Source: Macrostomum lignano (Eukaryota). From it: a stretch of DNA of 64,000 nucleotides. Shown in pieces: positions 1-15,534 of the stretch. Position 1 is the first letter of the stretch; each line of letters begins with the position of its first letter. The position numbers and the translations under genes were made by a program. The stretch lies in NCBI GenBank assembly GCA_002269645.1, contig NIVC01000019.1:682001-746000 (forward strand), given 5' to 3'. Under the pieces are notes generated by a model. The model worked only from the letters and a program-made list of their open reading frames with translations. It did not search any database and was not told the DNA's origin.

Positions 1-81
1 GCGGCGAGGGCTTCGGCTCCTGGGGTTGAACTGAATCGGCGGTGCGGGTGGGTGAGCGGCTTCGAGTGAGAAATTGATGAG
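1..81 (-). CDS. Ig-domain gene, probable downstream exon (partial; continues beyond window start)
   Basis: CTGCAG acceptor; the phase-1 join from exon 1425-1540 gives open AHQFLTRSRSPTRTADSVQPQEPKPSP, a linker-like sequence. Confidence 0.45.
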
Positions 82-104
82 CTGCAGGCTTAAGTGCTCA
101 TGTT

Positions 105-388
105 TCCACTGTCTCATTTCCGCTGTCTCATTTCCACTGTCTCATTCCTGCTGTCTCATTTCCGATTTTTTCATTCCCGCTGTCTCATTCCTGCTGTCTC
201 ATGTCTGCTGTCTCATTTCCGCTGTCTCATTTCCACTGTCTCATTTCCACTGTCTCATATCCGCTGTCTCATTTCTGCTGTCTCATTTCCGCTGTCTCAT
301 TTCCGCTGTCTCATTTTCACTGTCTCATATCCGCTGTCTCATTTCCGCTGTCTCATTTCCACTGTCTCATTTCCACTGTCTCATTTCA
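105..388. repeat. 14-bp minisatellite (CTGTCTCATTTCCR)
   Basis: Direct inspection. Confidence 0.9.
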
Positions 389-761
389 CAGATCAAAGCC
401 AGACATCTTTAAATCCGTGAGCAGTGATCTGGCCCTCCAATGGACACTCACGATTGCAGATTTTCTAGCATTCAGAGATTTTATTCGCGCATATAAATTT
501 CCCAATTTCAAAAAAACCTGTCAAAATGCAGCGATTTTTTTATCATTGCCGTACATCATTGAAACACTGCACTCGTGCGAACCCCGTCAAACGAACTCTT
601 CTGCTAGAAATTGGCAAATCAGCGAAGATTTAATCACTGAAAAGATGCTGGATTTGCGTGCGATGCAGCACTGTGAGCTACCCGACACCTGCGCTTGTAT
701 CAGCGAATCTCGGTTTCCAGTTCACCCGCTGTCTGCCCCGGTTCATCTGTCTCCTGCTCAC

Positions 762-1010
762 TCTCCTATCTCACCACCTACTCTCCTATCTCACCCACCT
801 ACTCTCCTATCTCACCCACCTACTCTCCTATCTTACCCACCTACTCTCCTATCTCACCCACCTACTCTCCTATTTCTCTCACAACGACTTTCCTCTCTCC
901 CCCACCCACTCTCCTATCTCATCCACCTACTCTCCTTTCTCCCCAAACTAATCTCTTTTTTCCCCAAACTAATCTCCTTTCTCCCCAAACTAATCTCCTC
1001 TCTCAACTGC
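762..1010. repeat. 21-bp minisatellite (CCTACTCTCCTATCTCACCCA) and derivative
   Basis: Direct inspection. Confidence 0.85.
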
Positions 1011-1424
1011 TTTCTCTCCGCTCCAAGCTTGGCAGCACTGCTCTGCTGTCTGTGTGCATACGCTCCTATCCTTGATAAAAGTTGCTGGCCCATCTGTGTC
1101 TCCCCAGCCGCGCCTCATCAGCGAACCAGTTGATAAAGTGAAAATAATAATTGATCTATCCCTACTCCGTGCACTGCCTACTGCCACCAGCGATCCGGGC
1201 TCTTAGTAATTAATTTGTAATGAGACTGCGCGACAAAGCGGGAGTGGAGGCTCGTCATAAATTATTTCTATATTTCGTGCTCAGTAATTTACGGCCCTGG
1301 CCTAGGTTTAATCAGCCTTCATCATCTTATCTAAGCGATGTGATTATGAAAATGGATTTCATGTTCACTGCGGGGCAGATTCGTCCGATGAAACTGCCAA
1401 TAAATAACTGAGGGAGAAACTTAC

Positions 1425-1540
1425 CGTCCACAAAGACCCATTTCTGAATTGATCCGTGATTGTTCTCCGCTCTGCAGGTGTAGTTTCCGGAGTCGCGTTC
1501 CAGGATGCGCGATATGCGCAGGGTGGACACCAGCTGGTGC
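1425..1540 (-). CDS. Ig I-set domain protein, exon with E-F-G strands
   Basis: AACAG acceptor and GTAAGT donor; [38 protein letters not shown] contains the DSGxYTCxAxN Ig motif; phase-2 join with exon 4606-4798 is in frame. Confidence 0.9.
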
Positions 1541-1562
1541 CTGTTGGGGGGTTGGTCCACAC

Positions 1563-2292
<730 letters not shown>

Positions 2293-3095
2293 TCTGAACA
2301 CCGTCTGAAAAGTCGGAAACGAAGCAGGCTCTGAAACTGTCCACAGATATTGTGAAGTGAAATCTTTTGAACCCACTAGCAGAGAAAATAATCTCCCAGC
2401 CTCCGAAAGTGATGATGAAAGCATGATAAAGCAATCAATGACAAGTTGACAGCGATTCAGATGAATGGACACAGATATTGGATCCCATCATCTTGAGTGC
2501 GGGATCTTGAAGAGGCCAACCGCACTGCCGGAAACTGCGTCTTCCTATGGGAATCTTTTAATCACGCAGAGGCAGCGGGAAAAGCAAAAAAGGCATCTCG
2601 GGAGCTCGGGGAGGCGGGCGGGTTGGGGACGCCACACTGACTGGCCCTCCCAATTATTGTCGAAGATTACGCCAGTAGTAGTAGGGGGGGTTGAGGATTT
2701 GGTTTTGACGGAGATTTCCCATCGCCCTTCCCCCTCTCCCATCCTTAAGCCAGCGAGTTGAGCGTGGAGAAGATAAGGGAGATGAGCAGACCAGAGGCTA
2801 ACTGAGGCGTGCGGAGTGGCGGGCAAGTGAGCAGGCAGGGGCGGACAAGGCCGCATTATTAACACTCTCGGCCCTCTTGATTACAGCCGGCCAGCCATGA
2901 AGGTGCAAAAGGCCGCCCTGGGCTGTGGCTTCGAGTCCGGAGGGGTGGCGGGGTGGCGCCGCGGTTGCTAACATCGAATTAATTTTCTAGACTCTAGCCA
3001 GACTCACCAGCCCTCATCACCCGACTCGGCGGCGCCCCGGTTGTCAAACATACTGAGCTGTGAATGCGAGGCTCCACTAGTGCACCTGAGCCCCC

Positions 3096-3357
3096 CACTC
3101 ACTCACTCACTCACTCACTCACTCACTCACTCACTCACTCACTCACTCACTCACTCACTCACTCGCTCACTCACCCACACTCACTCACTCACTCACTCAC
3201 TCACTCACTCACTCACTCACTCACTCACTCACTCGCTCACTCACCCACACTCACTCACTCACTCACTCACTCACTCACTCACTCACTCACTCACTCACTC
3301 ACTCACTCACTCACTCACTCACTCACTCACTCACTCACTCACTCACTCACTCACTCC
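3096..3357. repeat. (TCAC)n microsatellite
   Basis: Direct inspection. Confidence 0.95.
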
Positions 3358-4605
3358 CTCCCTTACTCACTTACTTTCCCTCTCAAGCTACACAACTGTC
3401 TGCTTCTCTCCCTCTCTTCCATTCCTCTCAGTGTTTTGGGCCCGACACAGGTTGCCACACAAAGCATCAATACGCGTCTCTGCTTCTTGAAGCCGGGCAA
3501 GACAGGCCGCCGCAGCAGTCCCAAACCCTTCATTCGCCCCAGCATCTTGTGCCCTATTGTTCTTCATCTTTAAAAGCATCTTGAGAGCTCCACACCTTTT
3601 CGTGGGGCGGTAAGAAATCAATCGATGCCCTGTAGAGAAGTGAGATAGGGAGGAAAATGCAAAACAGACAAGGGTTTGCAGCTCACGCCGGGTTCAGCCT
3701 CCGCGCTTCAGCCCGGGCGCGAGATGGAGGACTCCAAGGTAAGGCAAAAATGGATCTCCCTATTCAAAAGGAATTCAAGTTGAAGTTTGTGTAACCAAGA
3801 AAAGCAGATGCTGGCACGGGAGTGAGGTTATTAGTCAGGTTAATCTTAAGTCACGCTTATGACACAGACAGCAGCTGCCGGCCTGGCGGGAGAGGTGAGA
3901 TGGAGCGGCTGATCTGTCTAGCTGGGGAGGAGGCGGGGGGGAGCAGGGGAAGCAGGGGGAGCAGGGGGAGGGAGTGGATTGAGAGGAAATCAATATAAGA
4001 GATAGATAGGGAAAATCGGAAGGTAGATAAGGGAGAGATTAAGATGTAGATGGAGGAGAGATTGAAAGGTAGATAAGCGAGATTGAAAAGTAGCTAGGGG
4101 AGATTGAAAAGTAGCTAGGGGAGATTTAAAAGTAGATAAGGAATAGATTAAGAGGTAGATAGGAGATTGAAAGGTAGATAATATTGAGTTTGAGAGGTAG
4201 ATAGAGCAGATTGAGAGGTAGAGCAGATAGAGCAGATATGGGAGATTGAGGGGTAGATAGAGCAGATTCAGAGGTAAATAGAGAAGATGAAGGTAGATAG
4301 GGAAGACGGAGAGGTACAAAGAGCAGACTGAGAGGTAGATGGGAGAGATTGAGAGGTAGAATGGGAAGATTGAGAGGTGGATTCAGGAGATTGAAAAGCA
4401 GATGGGGAGATCGATAGGCAGATAGGGGAGATCGAGAGGTACAGAAAGAGATTGAGAGGCATATTATGTAGATTAAGAGGTAGATGGGGAAGATCAAGAG
4501 GCACATGAGGGAGATTGAGAGGTAGCTAGGGGAGACTAAAAATCGGATTGATATAGAGAAGACGGAGATTGAAAGACAGTTTAAGAGGGAGAAGGAGTGA
4601 CTCAC

Positions 4606-4798
4606 TGCGTCTCGTCTTCGCTGTTGACCTCCTCCCTCTCGATGCGGACGTTGCTGGTCAGCACCAGGTTGCGGCCGTTCTTGATCCAGAGAATCTTGGG
4701 GTTGGGCTTGCCGCGGGCCCGGCACTTGACGATGAGAGTCTTGCCCTGCCGGATGCTGATCTGGTTGCCCTGCGGGTACACCACCTCCGGCTCCGAGG
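4606..4798 (-). CDS. Ig I-set domain protein, exon with A-D strands
   Basis: CCCGCAG acceptor and GTGAGT donor; SEPEVVYPQGNQISIRQGKTLIVKCRARGKPNPKILWIKNGRNL has the CxAxGxPxPxIxWxKNG motif. Confidence 0.9.
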
Positions 4799-4849
4799 CT
4801 GCGGGAACGGCGACAATTGGGGGGTGGCGGTGGCGTGCGTTAGCTTGGC

Positions 4850-5270
4850 GCCATTTTTGTGGCGCCCTTAGAGTAGCGCCGTTTTGGGTGGCGCTTTTTT
4901 ATGGCGCCATTTTGAGGTGAGCGCCATTTTGAAATAAGCACTATTTTGAGATAAGCGCTATTTTGAGATAAGCGCCATTTTGAGCAAAGCGCCATTTTGA
5001 GCAAAGCGCCATTTTGAGATAAGCGCTTTTTTGAGGTGGGCGCTATTTTGAGGTAAGCACTATTTTGAGGTAAGCGCTATTTTGAGATAAGCGCCATTTT
5101 GAGCAAAGAGCCATTTTGAGATAAGCGTCATTTTGAGATAAGCGCCATTTTAAGATAAGCGCCATTTTGAGATAGGCGCCATTTTATGATAAGCGCGTTT
5201 TTGAGGTAAGCGCCATTTTGACGTAAGCGCTATTTTGACGTAAGCGCTATTTTGAGGTAAGCGCCATTTT
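4850..5270. repeat. 17-bp AAGCGCCATTTTGAGAT minisatellite
   Basis: Direct inspection. Confidence 0.9.
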
Positions 5271-5862
5271 TAATTCACACCCTTCACTGTTTCCACCCTT
5301 TCTTGGCTCGGCGCCTCTATTCGGCATGGTCAAATGAACCGTCAATTTTTATTCGTTCACAAACCCTCCAGCAGGCTCCAGACTATGTGCACGAATTCGC
5401 TTTCAACTCCGTGACCGACATGGACGCCGCGGCCGCCACCGCCGCCGCCGCCGCCGCGGCTCGACTGGGTGGGCATGGGCAGCAGGCGGGGGTCCAGCTT
5501 CATGATGACGGACAGACCGGAGGCTGGCGGCTGTATCGGCGCCAATTCGGGCTTCATTGTCTCGCCTTCTTGTCAATTACTCTCCCGTGTGTCTGTTGTT
5601 TTTTCACTTCCCGATGATGCACAGCTCAGGCAAAGTCAGCCAGGACGCCGTGAGGATGCTCTGGGGCGGTGAGGCCTGTTCCTGCTTTAGCAGACTGCTA
5701 AAGCAGCAGAAAATTGTTTCGCCCGTCCACTAAGAAAAGAGATTTCGTGGCACGCGCGGCAAGCCTTTGGACGAGCCAATGAAGAGTGAATGGGAGAAAG
5801 GGGAGCTGGGACGAAACTCCCTTCTGCCCAGACAAACAGGCTGTAGGAAGCGGGCCCACTGC

Positions 5863-6088
<226 letters not shown>

Positions 6089-6659
6089 TGGGCATTTCAA
6101 TAGATAGAAGAAGCGAATGCGAAGGCCACAAATCATAAATCATGTATTCTCTGAGTAAGCCTTCAGTTTTAATGAAACTGTCAAGAATTGCAAATTTAGT
6201 TTATCAAAACGAGAGCCTGATTTATAGATTTTGATTTCTGTCCTCAGGTTCTTGAGCAGCCGTATTCCTTCCTCCACCTGTTACGTAAACTCAGTTTGAT
6301 TCAATAGAATTCATTCAGTTATTCTTTTTATTGATTTTCCCATCTTAATTGACGTGATTGATTGTTTAATAGTAAAACGCTGTTCACTCTACTGCCTGCA
6401 GTAGAAATTCTAGCGTTATGACGACGGTCTTGCTATTAGTAGTATTATTAGTTTAAACATGGCTAAACATAGAAGAGAGTAGGCATAGCAATAAAATGAA
6501 ACTGGGAAAATGGCACACAAGTGGCGTATGGCGAAATTTTATGGCAGACGGAAGGGTAAGTACAAGTGTGAGATTTGAGAGAATTATATGAGAACCGAGA
6601 GGAATGGCGGACATGAGAGAGGCATGGATGAGAGATATGAGAAAGGCCCAAAAAGCACG

Positions 6660-6990
6660 AGAAAGACGTAATAAATGTACATGAGAAAGACATGAAATAA
6701 ATGTACATGAGAAAGACATGAAATAAATGTACACGAGAAAGACATGAGATATATGTACCTGAGAAAGACATGAGATAAATGTACATTAAAAAGACATGAG
6801 ATAAATATACACGAGAAAGACATGTGATAAATGTACATGAGAAAGACATGAGATATGTGTACACCAGAAAGACATGAGATAAATGTACCTGAGAAAGACA
6901 TATGATAAATGTATTCGTACGTGAGAAATGCATGAGATAAATGTACATGAGAAATGCATGAGATAAATGTACATGAGAAATGCATGAGAA
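6660..6990. repeat. 26-bp GAAAGACATGAGATAAATGTACATGA minisatellite
   Basis: Direct inspection. Confidence 0.9.
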
Positions 6991-7739
6991 GGCAGCATCG
7001 GCAAAGTGCTAAAAAGTGCACACAGGCCCCGACCAAGTGCAAGGTAGATATGGGAAAATTAATTGGCTGGAAGGTATAGTCGATGCTCCATATTTTTCCA
7101 AATAAGCAACTCTGACTGTAGCAATCTCGAGGAAAAACCGCGAACTCCCATTATTGAAAAAAAGCGCAGGATACGAGTATTCTCAAGGCCAGAGTTTGGA
7201 ACAACGACTGTAGTGGCCTCATCTCTTAGTAGCCTCTGAGCTGCTCTGGCTGACCAGAGCAAGAGGACTTTTGCTGGCGCTAATGAGGGCCAAACGCCCT
7301 CGCATCCGGGCTAAATTTACTTCATCACCTTTTTTAGAAAAAATGGAATAATTTTACTCCCTTTCTTCACCTTTTTTCATTCTGTTTTTAACCTTGCGGT
7401 TAAGAAATTTGGGCCACAGTTAACGATAGTCCGCCTCAATGCGATGAAATTGAATTCCGTTAAAACTTCTAAGAAATAGTGCGAGGCTTCAAGTGGCCTC
7501 TCGTTCTGAGTTCAATTTAATGAGTTTTTGGTAGTTTAATTGCTCATTTTTCCACTCTTGTCGAAAACTCTTCTTCTTCAGTTTTAGTTTGACGACAAGG
7601 TAACACGTCTTTAGGAAGCTGAATGAGTGGCACTTGTGTCCAGCGGGTGATTAATTGTTAAGCAGGTTGTGCCTCCGCCTGACAGCCTGACAGGTGTTAC
7701 CTCCGTCTCTACAATGTATCTTTCGTGTCTAACAGGTAT

Positions 7740-8815
7740 TTCCTTGTGTCTAACAGTTATCGCTTGTGTCTAAAAGGTATTTTCTTGTGTCTAAAAGGTA
7801 TTTTCTTGTGTCTAACAGGTATCCACTGTGTCTAACAGGTATCCACTGAGTCTAACAGGTATCCACTGTGTCTAACAGGTATCCACCGTGTCTAACAGGT
7901 ATCCACCGGGTCTAAGAGGTATCCACAGTGTCTAACAGGTATCCACTGAGTCTAACAGGTATCCACTGAGTCTAACAGGTATCCACTGTGTCTAACAGGT
8001 ATCCACTGAGTCTAACAGGTATCCACTGTGTCTAACAGGTATCCACCGTGTCTAACAGGTATCCACCGTGTCTAACAGGTATCCACCGTGTCTAACAGGT
8101 ATCCACTGTGTCTAACAGGTATCCACTCTGTCTAACAGGTATCCACTGTGTCTAACAGGTATCCACCGTGTCTAACAGGTATCCACCGTGTCTAAGAGGT
8201 ATCCACCGTGTCTAACAGGTATCCACTGTGTCTAACAGATATCCACTGTGTCTAACAGGTATCCACCGTGTCTAACAGGTATCCACCGTGTCTAACAGGT
8301 ATCCACTCTGTCTAACAGGTATCCACTGTGTCTAACAGGTATCCACCGTGTCTAACAGGTATCCACCGTGTCTAAGAGGTATCCACCGTGTCTAACAGGT
8401 ATCCACTGTGTCTAACAGGTATCCACTCTGTCTAACAGGTATCCACTGTGTCTAACAGGTATCCACCGTGTCTAACAGGTATCCACCGTGTCTAAGAGGT
8501 ATCCACCGTGTCTAACAGGTATCCACTGTGTCTAACAGATATCCACTGTGTCTAACAGGTATCCACCGTGTCTAACAGGTATCCACTGTGTCTAACAGGT
8601 ATCCACTCTGTCTAACAGGTATCCACTGTGTCTAACAGGTATCCACCGTGTCTAACAGGTATCCACCGTGTCTAAGAGGTATCCACCGTGTCTAACAGGT
8701 ATCCACCGTGTCTAACAGATATCCACTGTGTCTAACAGGTATCCACCGTGTCTAACAGGTATCCACTGTGTCCAACAGATATCCACTGTGTCTAACAGGT
8801 ATCCACCGTGTCTAA
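7740..8815. repeat. 20-bp GTCTAACAGGTATCCACYGT minisatellite (about 50 copies)
   Basis: Direct inspection. Confidence 0.97.
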
Positions 8816-9648
8816 TGCTAAGCTCAAAAGCTGATAAGAAGTTAACCACAATTGAGCTCACGTCCAACCCATCAAAAAATTTGCTCCAACTTGAGCCCTC
8901 TGCAGCCCCCCCCGGCTACCCAATTAGGCTTTATTGAAGTTATCTTAGGTCCCGCTGCAGCTGTGCAAGTTTGACAATTTAATCCGACCAGCCATTGCGT
9001 GCCAGCAAAGATTTAGGCGCAACTTCAGCGCCACTAAAATTGCCCCACTAATCCACATTAGCTCTATTAATCTCAGTCATAATCCACAAATTTCCCAACA
9101 ATTTTTTGTTGTCCTTCCAGCTCGGAGGAAGATGATTGAGCGCAAGTTTTTGTTTTAGAATTCATTGAAAAAAGTACAGCATTGAGCGGCTGAGCACGGG
9201 CTCAACGGCGGCGTGTTGGGGAATGGATTTGGCTCAGCACTTAATTACTGCCGGCTTAGAGAGAGAGAGGGGGGGCAGGACAGGCCGCGACAGCTCAAGA
9301 TGAAGCGTTGAGCCACTGGAGGAAGCTGGGAAATCCCTCCGGTTAATGAACTTCCAGTTTCTGTCTGTCCGCTCTTGTCTTAATCGTTAAGCAGATCGGT
9401 TACTCTGTCAGCTTTCAGAACCATTCGCACACCCTCTTATCGCTAATTGCTACTTGGCGAATTCTTCTATCGGGAAAATTCTCCCTAATTGCCTCCTGTT
9501 GCCGTTGCAGAGCTACATGGATGTCGATTGGCGCTTGAGCGCATCGATAAGGAGACACTGACCGATAATTTGCGCATTATGCGATTCGCCTCGGTTTTAT
9601 CTCGCTGCGGTCCGTCTGTCAGTCTGTCTGTCTGTCTGTCTGTCTGCC

Positions 9649-9681
<33 letters not shown>

Positions 9682-9684
9682 GCC

Positions 9685-9743
<59 letters not shown>

Positions 9744-9985
9744 TTGTCTGTCTGTCTGTCTGTCCGAGTTTTCGTTTTACTTCCTCATCACTTCATTCTC
9801 AATAATGCAAGCCCCAATCCAATCGCGGGGTGGATAGTCAGTGATTTCCCAAGCTGCTGGGGAAAGTCATCAATAAACCAGAACACTCAACTCTGTTGCC
9901 GAAGAATTCCCAGATGAGGGACACCTGGGTTTGCGGGCGCCTCAATTAGCAAGATCGCTACTCGGGGGGAGGGGCAGGCACTCAC

Positions 9986-10031
9986 CCAGGACGTAGTTCA
10001 CCTCCAGCTCGATTGCGTACCGCGATACCCC
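9986..10031 (-). CDS. Ig-domain gene, upstream exon (GVSRYAIELEVNYVL)
   Basis: Strong GTGAGT donor, phase 1, compatible with 4798; CCCCCTCAG acceptor. Alternatively extends to ATG 10103 giving signal-peptide-like MLAILLAAALARLAGG. Confidence 0.55.
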
Positions 10032-10449
10032 CTGAGGGGGCGGCGGCGGCGACCTTCCGCCCGCCAGCCGGGCCAAAGCAGCGGCCAAAAGTATTGCAAG
10101 CATCTGCCTGTCTTCTGCTTCTGCCTGCTGCTCTCTGTGGTCTCCGACTTCTCCGGCTTCTGTGTTTTGCTGCTGGCTGATCCGCTAGTTTTGGGTTTAA
10201 TCTCTTTTTAGGCGATGGAAACTGCTGGGAGGGAGCCGGGGAAGGGGCTGATGGATGCTTGGAGGGCACCGATTGGCTGGGCTGGCTGCTCAGTAGTGTA
10301 GCCGGTTTCAGTTTCTGGCCTGAGAGACTTTTGTTCAGGCACTCTTCTTGGCATTGTCTCAATTGTTGGAATTATTTTTGACAAAGGTAAAACACAGACT
10401 GGCGATTGAAACAAATATTTTTAGACTTATCGGTTTGGAACAACAATTC

Positions 10450-11190
10450 ACCTCTCTTCTCTCCTCGCTTCTCTTTCATCTCTCCTCTCTCATCTCTACT
10501 CTCTTATCTCTCCTCCCTTCTCTCTTATTTCCCTTCTCTCCTCTCTCATCTCACCTCTCCCATCTCTCATCTCTTATCTTTTCTCGCTCCTCTCTCCTCT
10601 CTCATCTCTCCTCTCTCCTCTCTCCTCTCTCCTCTCTCATCTCTCCTCTCTCATCTCTCCTCTCTCCTCTCTCCTCTCTCCTCTCTGCTCTCTCCTCTCT
10701 CCTCTCTCCTCTCTCATCCCTGCTCTCTCCTCACTCCTCTTTAATTTCTCCTCTTTCCTCTCTAATCTCTCCTCTCTTCTCTCTTATCTCTGCTCTCACC
10801 TCGCTCCTCTAATCTCTCCTCTCTTCTCTCTCCTCTCTCATCTCTCATCTCTCATCTCTCCTCTCTCATCTCTGCTCTCTTCTCTCTCATTTCTGCTCTC
10901 TCCTCACTCCTCTCTAATCTCTCCTGTCTTCTCTCTTATTTACCTTCTCTCCTCTCTCCTCTCTCCTCTCTCCTCTCTCCTCTCTCCTCTCTCCTCTCTC
11001 CTCTCTCCTCTCTCCTCTCTCATCTCTCATCTCTTCTCTCTCCTCTCTCCTCTCTCCTCTCTCCTCTCTCCTCTCTCATCTCTCCTCTCTTATCTCTCAT
11101 CTCTCATCTCTCATCTCTGCTCTCTGCTCTCTCCTCTCTGCTCTCTCCTCTCTCATCTCTTCTCTCTCCTCTCTCCTCTCTCTCCTTTCT
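10450..11190. repeat. (CTCTCCT)n pyrimidine-rich repeat
   Basis: Direct inspection. Confidence 0.92.
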
Positions 11191-11899
11191 CATCCCTCCT
11201 ATCACCTCTCGTTCCTCATTCTCAGTCCTCCTGGCCCCATACTTTCTAAGTTTTCCTCTAAAAAGAAGCGCAACTTTCTCCCAATTTATCCCCCAATTAT
11301 CCAGCCACTGCACTGACAGATAAATAAATAATAATGCTTGTGCAGCCCGAAATAATATCGCAGACTAATGTCTGGTCACACAGCCACTTCAAGGCTGCCC
11401 ATGCTTGTAATCGATTCCGCCAGGACAGAGTCTGCTCCGCTCTTTCATTGCTGCTTTTTTGTCCCCAGTTTTGTTCCGAATAACTTTCTGGACTCGAGCT
11501 CGGGAGAGAAGGGGAGCAGGGGAGGGTCGGGTAATGCGGCAGGATTTCGCGAGAGATGCTCCATCATTTTTAGCGTCGCTTCGCTCGGTTCGTCGACTTC
11601 GCGGGGATCGTTTAAGAGATAAGACGCAACGGAGAGATTGGGAAGCTGCGGATGAGGCGAATTGCTGAGATCCCCCCCGCTATGAATTCCTCTCAGCTCG
11701 AATTGTGACCTGCGTAGTTGTTGCTGGCGCTGATGGCGCGTGGGTCGACTTTAATTTAGTAGATTCTGGCGGAGCAATCTTTACGATCAGCGATGCGGCC
11801 GCTGAGCACCGCTGAGCACTGCCAGGTTTATCTTTAGTGCCGGCCTGAGCTGAGCCTGAGTTTTATTTCTGCATTAGGGTGAGCCGGTCCGAAACTCAT

Positions 11900-13178
<1,279 letters not shown>

Positions 13179-13744
13179 TTGGTTTGTTGCAGTAGAAGGG
13201 AGAGGAAGGGGCAGATAATAATAATAATAATAATAGTTACGCCCCACGCCAGCCACAGAAGTGGCCAAAAGGGGGGGAGCGTCAAATTGCGCGTTTCAGA
13301 GCTAGGTCTCTAATGTGCTTCACACCGGCCGCCTGGCTGGGTGCTCGCGCATCTTCAGATGATCTGGTATAAATATTAAATATCCATCAAATATGCCAAT
13401 CAGTAATCGAAACTTGCTACTCGAGTGAGTAGAGCAGTTCAAAAATTGTGCGCCACATTTTCACAGACATGATGATTGCGAAAACCCAGGTAATCTTTGC
13501 TACCAATGAAAGAATCCAGAGCCAGAAATCAGTGAGAACCCTGCTTGCATACAAAATTACTGTAGATCTCTTTGTCTCCAGGTGCCTCCTAGTGCATGAA
13601 TTTGGACTTTTTTGAGTCACATCAATGTTGAATTGAGCCTAGTATATGCCTCTTTTGTAGTTGGTAGGTAAGAAAGGAGCATTATTCTTGGTTAGTATTT
13701 AAGGAAGCTGTATTTCAAAGTTTGGTGCCGATTTAACAAAGTTT

Positions 13745-14240
13745 GGGCGTCGATTCAAATAAATCTTGGCGCCAATTACAAATAAATCTTGGCGCCGATT
13801 CAAATAAATCTTGGCGCCAATTACAAATAAATCTTGGCGCCGATTCAAATAAATCTTGGCGCCGATTCAAATAAATCTTGGCGCCGATTCAAATAAATCT
13901 TGGCGCCAATTACAAATAAATCTTGGCGCCGATTCAAATAAATCTTGGCGCCAATTACAAATAAATCTTGGCGCCGATTCAAATAAATCTTGGCGCCGAT
14001 TCAAATAAATCTTGGCGCCGATTCAAATAAATCTTGGCGCCGATTCAAATAAATCTTGGCGCCGATTCAAATAAATCTTGGCGCTGATTCAAATAAATCT
14101 TGGCGCCGATTCAAATAAATCTTGGCGCCGATTCAAATAAATCTTGGCGCCGATTCAAATAAATCTTGGCGCCGATTCAAATAAATCTTGGCGCCGATTC
14201 AAACAAATTTGGGCGTCGATTCAAATAAATCTTGGTGCCA
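13745..14240. repeat. 22-bp GATTCAAATAAATCTTGGCGCC minisatellite
   Basis: Direct inspection. Confidence 0.95.
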
Positions 14241-14439
14241 CTGTCTAGGAAGCTACACTTGGAGATCGAACTTGGCTTGACACACCCACAGCAATTATTG
14301 CAACTTTAGCTTACAAGCAAAACGCCAAATTGGCCCAGCAACTACCGTCTTCAGATGCTCTCAAGCCCGCTTCAGGGCATTTTTATTCAGTCAATTTTGC
14401 AATTGGATTTTCGTGATCGATTTGAGCAGTGCTACTCAC

Positions 14440-14486
14440 CTGCCAAGGGTAATAGTAGACAGTGTAATTTGAGCCACAAAGACAGA
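14440..14486 (-). CDS. Candidate 47-nt micro-exon of Ig-domain gene ((V)CLCGSNYTVYYYPWQ)
   Basis: TTTTGCAG acceptor and CAG|GTGAGT donor; a phase 1-in/0-out reading joins 10031 in frame. Confidence 0.35.
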
Positions 14487-14679
14487 CTGCAAAATCAATT
14501 CTTACTAGGATTTTAGTAGGGTTGCGATTGACCCCTGCTAAGTTGAGGATCGGGTTCTTATAAATGGACAAAGTACTTTTTCTACTCAAGCCTTGAAAAA
14601 TCCCAGATGAAAGAAACTTACGATTTTGTGCCCACTTCATTAATGATTTTTTGTCAGTTTTCAGATGCTTATACTCGTA

Positions 14680-15410
14680 GCTAAGGATTTTGGAATATGC
14701 GAGCTGAGAATTTTGGGATACTGCAGCTGAGGAATATGGGGTATTGCAGCTGAGGATTTTGGAATATGCGAGCTGAGAATTTTGGGATACTGCAGCTGAG
14801 GAATATGGGGTATTGCAGCTGAGGATTTTGGGATATTGCAGCTGAGGATTTTGGAATACTGCAGCTGAGGAATATGGGTTATTGCAGCTGAGGATTTTGG
14901 GATATTGCTGCTGAGGATTGTGGGATATTGCAGCTGAGGATTTTGGGATACTGCAGCTGAGGAATATGGGGTATTGCAGCTGAGGATTTTGGGATATTGC
15001 AGCTGAGGAATATGGGGTATTGCAGCTGAGGATTTTGGGATATTGCAGCTGAGGATTTTGGGATATTGCAGCTGAGGATTTTGGGATACTGCAGCTGAGG
15101 AATATGGGGTATTGCAGCTGAGGATTTTGGGATATTGCAGCTGAGGATTGTGGGATATTGCAGCTGAGGATTTTGGGATACTGCAGCTGAGGAATATGGG
15201 GTATTGCAGCTGAGGATTTTGGGATATTGCAGCTGAGGATTTTGGGATATTGCAGCTGAGGATTTTGGGATACTGCAGCTGAGGAATATGGGTTATTGCA
15301 GCTGAGGATTTTGGGATATTGCAGCTGAGGATTTTGGGATACTGCAGCTGAGGATTTTGGGATATTGCAGCTGAGGATTTTGGGATATTGCAGCTGAGGA
15401 TTGTGGGAAA
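14680..15410. repeat. 23-bp TATTGCAGCTGAGGATTTTGGGA minisatellite
   Basis: Direct inspection. Confidence 0.95.
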
Positions 15411-15534
15411 ATTTATGAAGTATTTTTTATCCAAGGATTAACGAGATTTCTAACTAAGAATTGGCGATATGACTTAAAAAATGATTTCCACTAGTTCTTT
15501 GTTGTGGATCAAGTATAGATTATCGAGAGTTTTT

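Noticed and set aside
3724-5617. Nested plus-strand gene (ATG GAG GAC TCC AAG|GTAAGG joined to QAPDYVHEFAFNSVTDMD...)
   Set aside because: No recognisable domain, and the 5370-5600 frame is the in-register antisense of a minus-strand candidate; cannot be resolved without stranded reads
7740-8815. Regular 20-47-bp arrays as CRISPR
   Set aside because: No unique spacers, eukaryotic context, no cas genes
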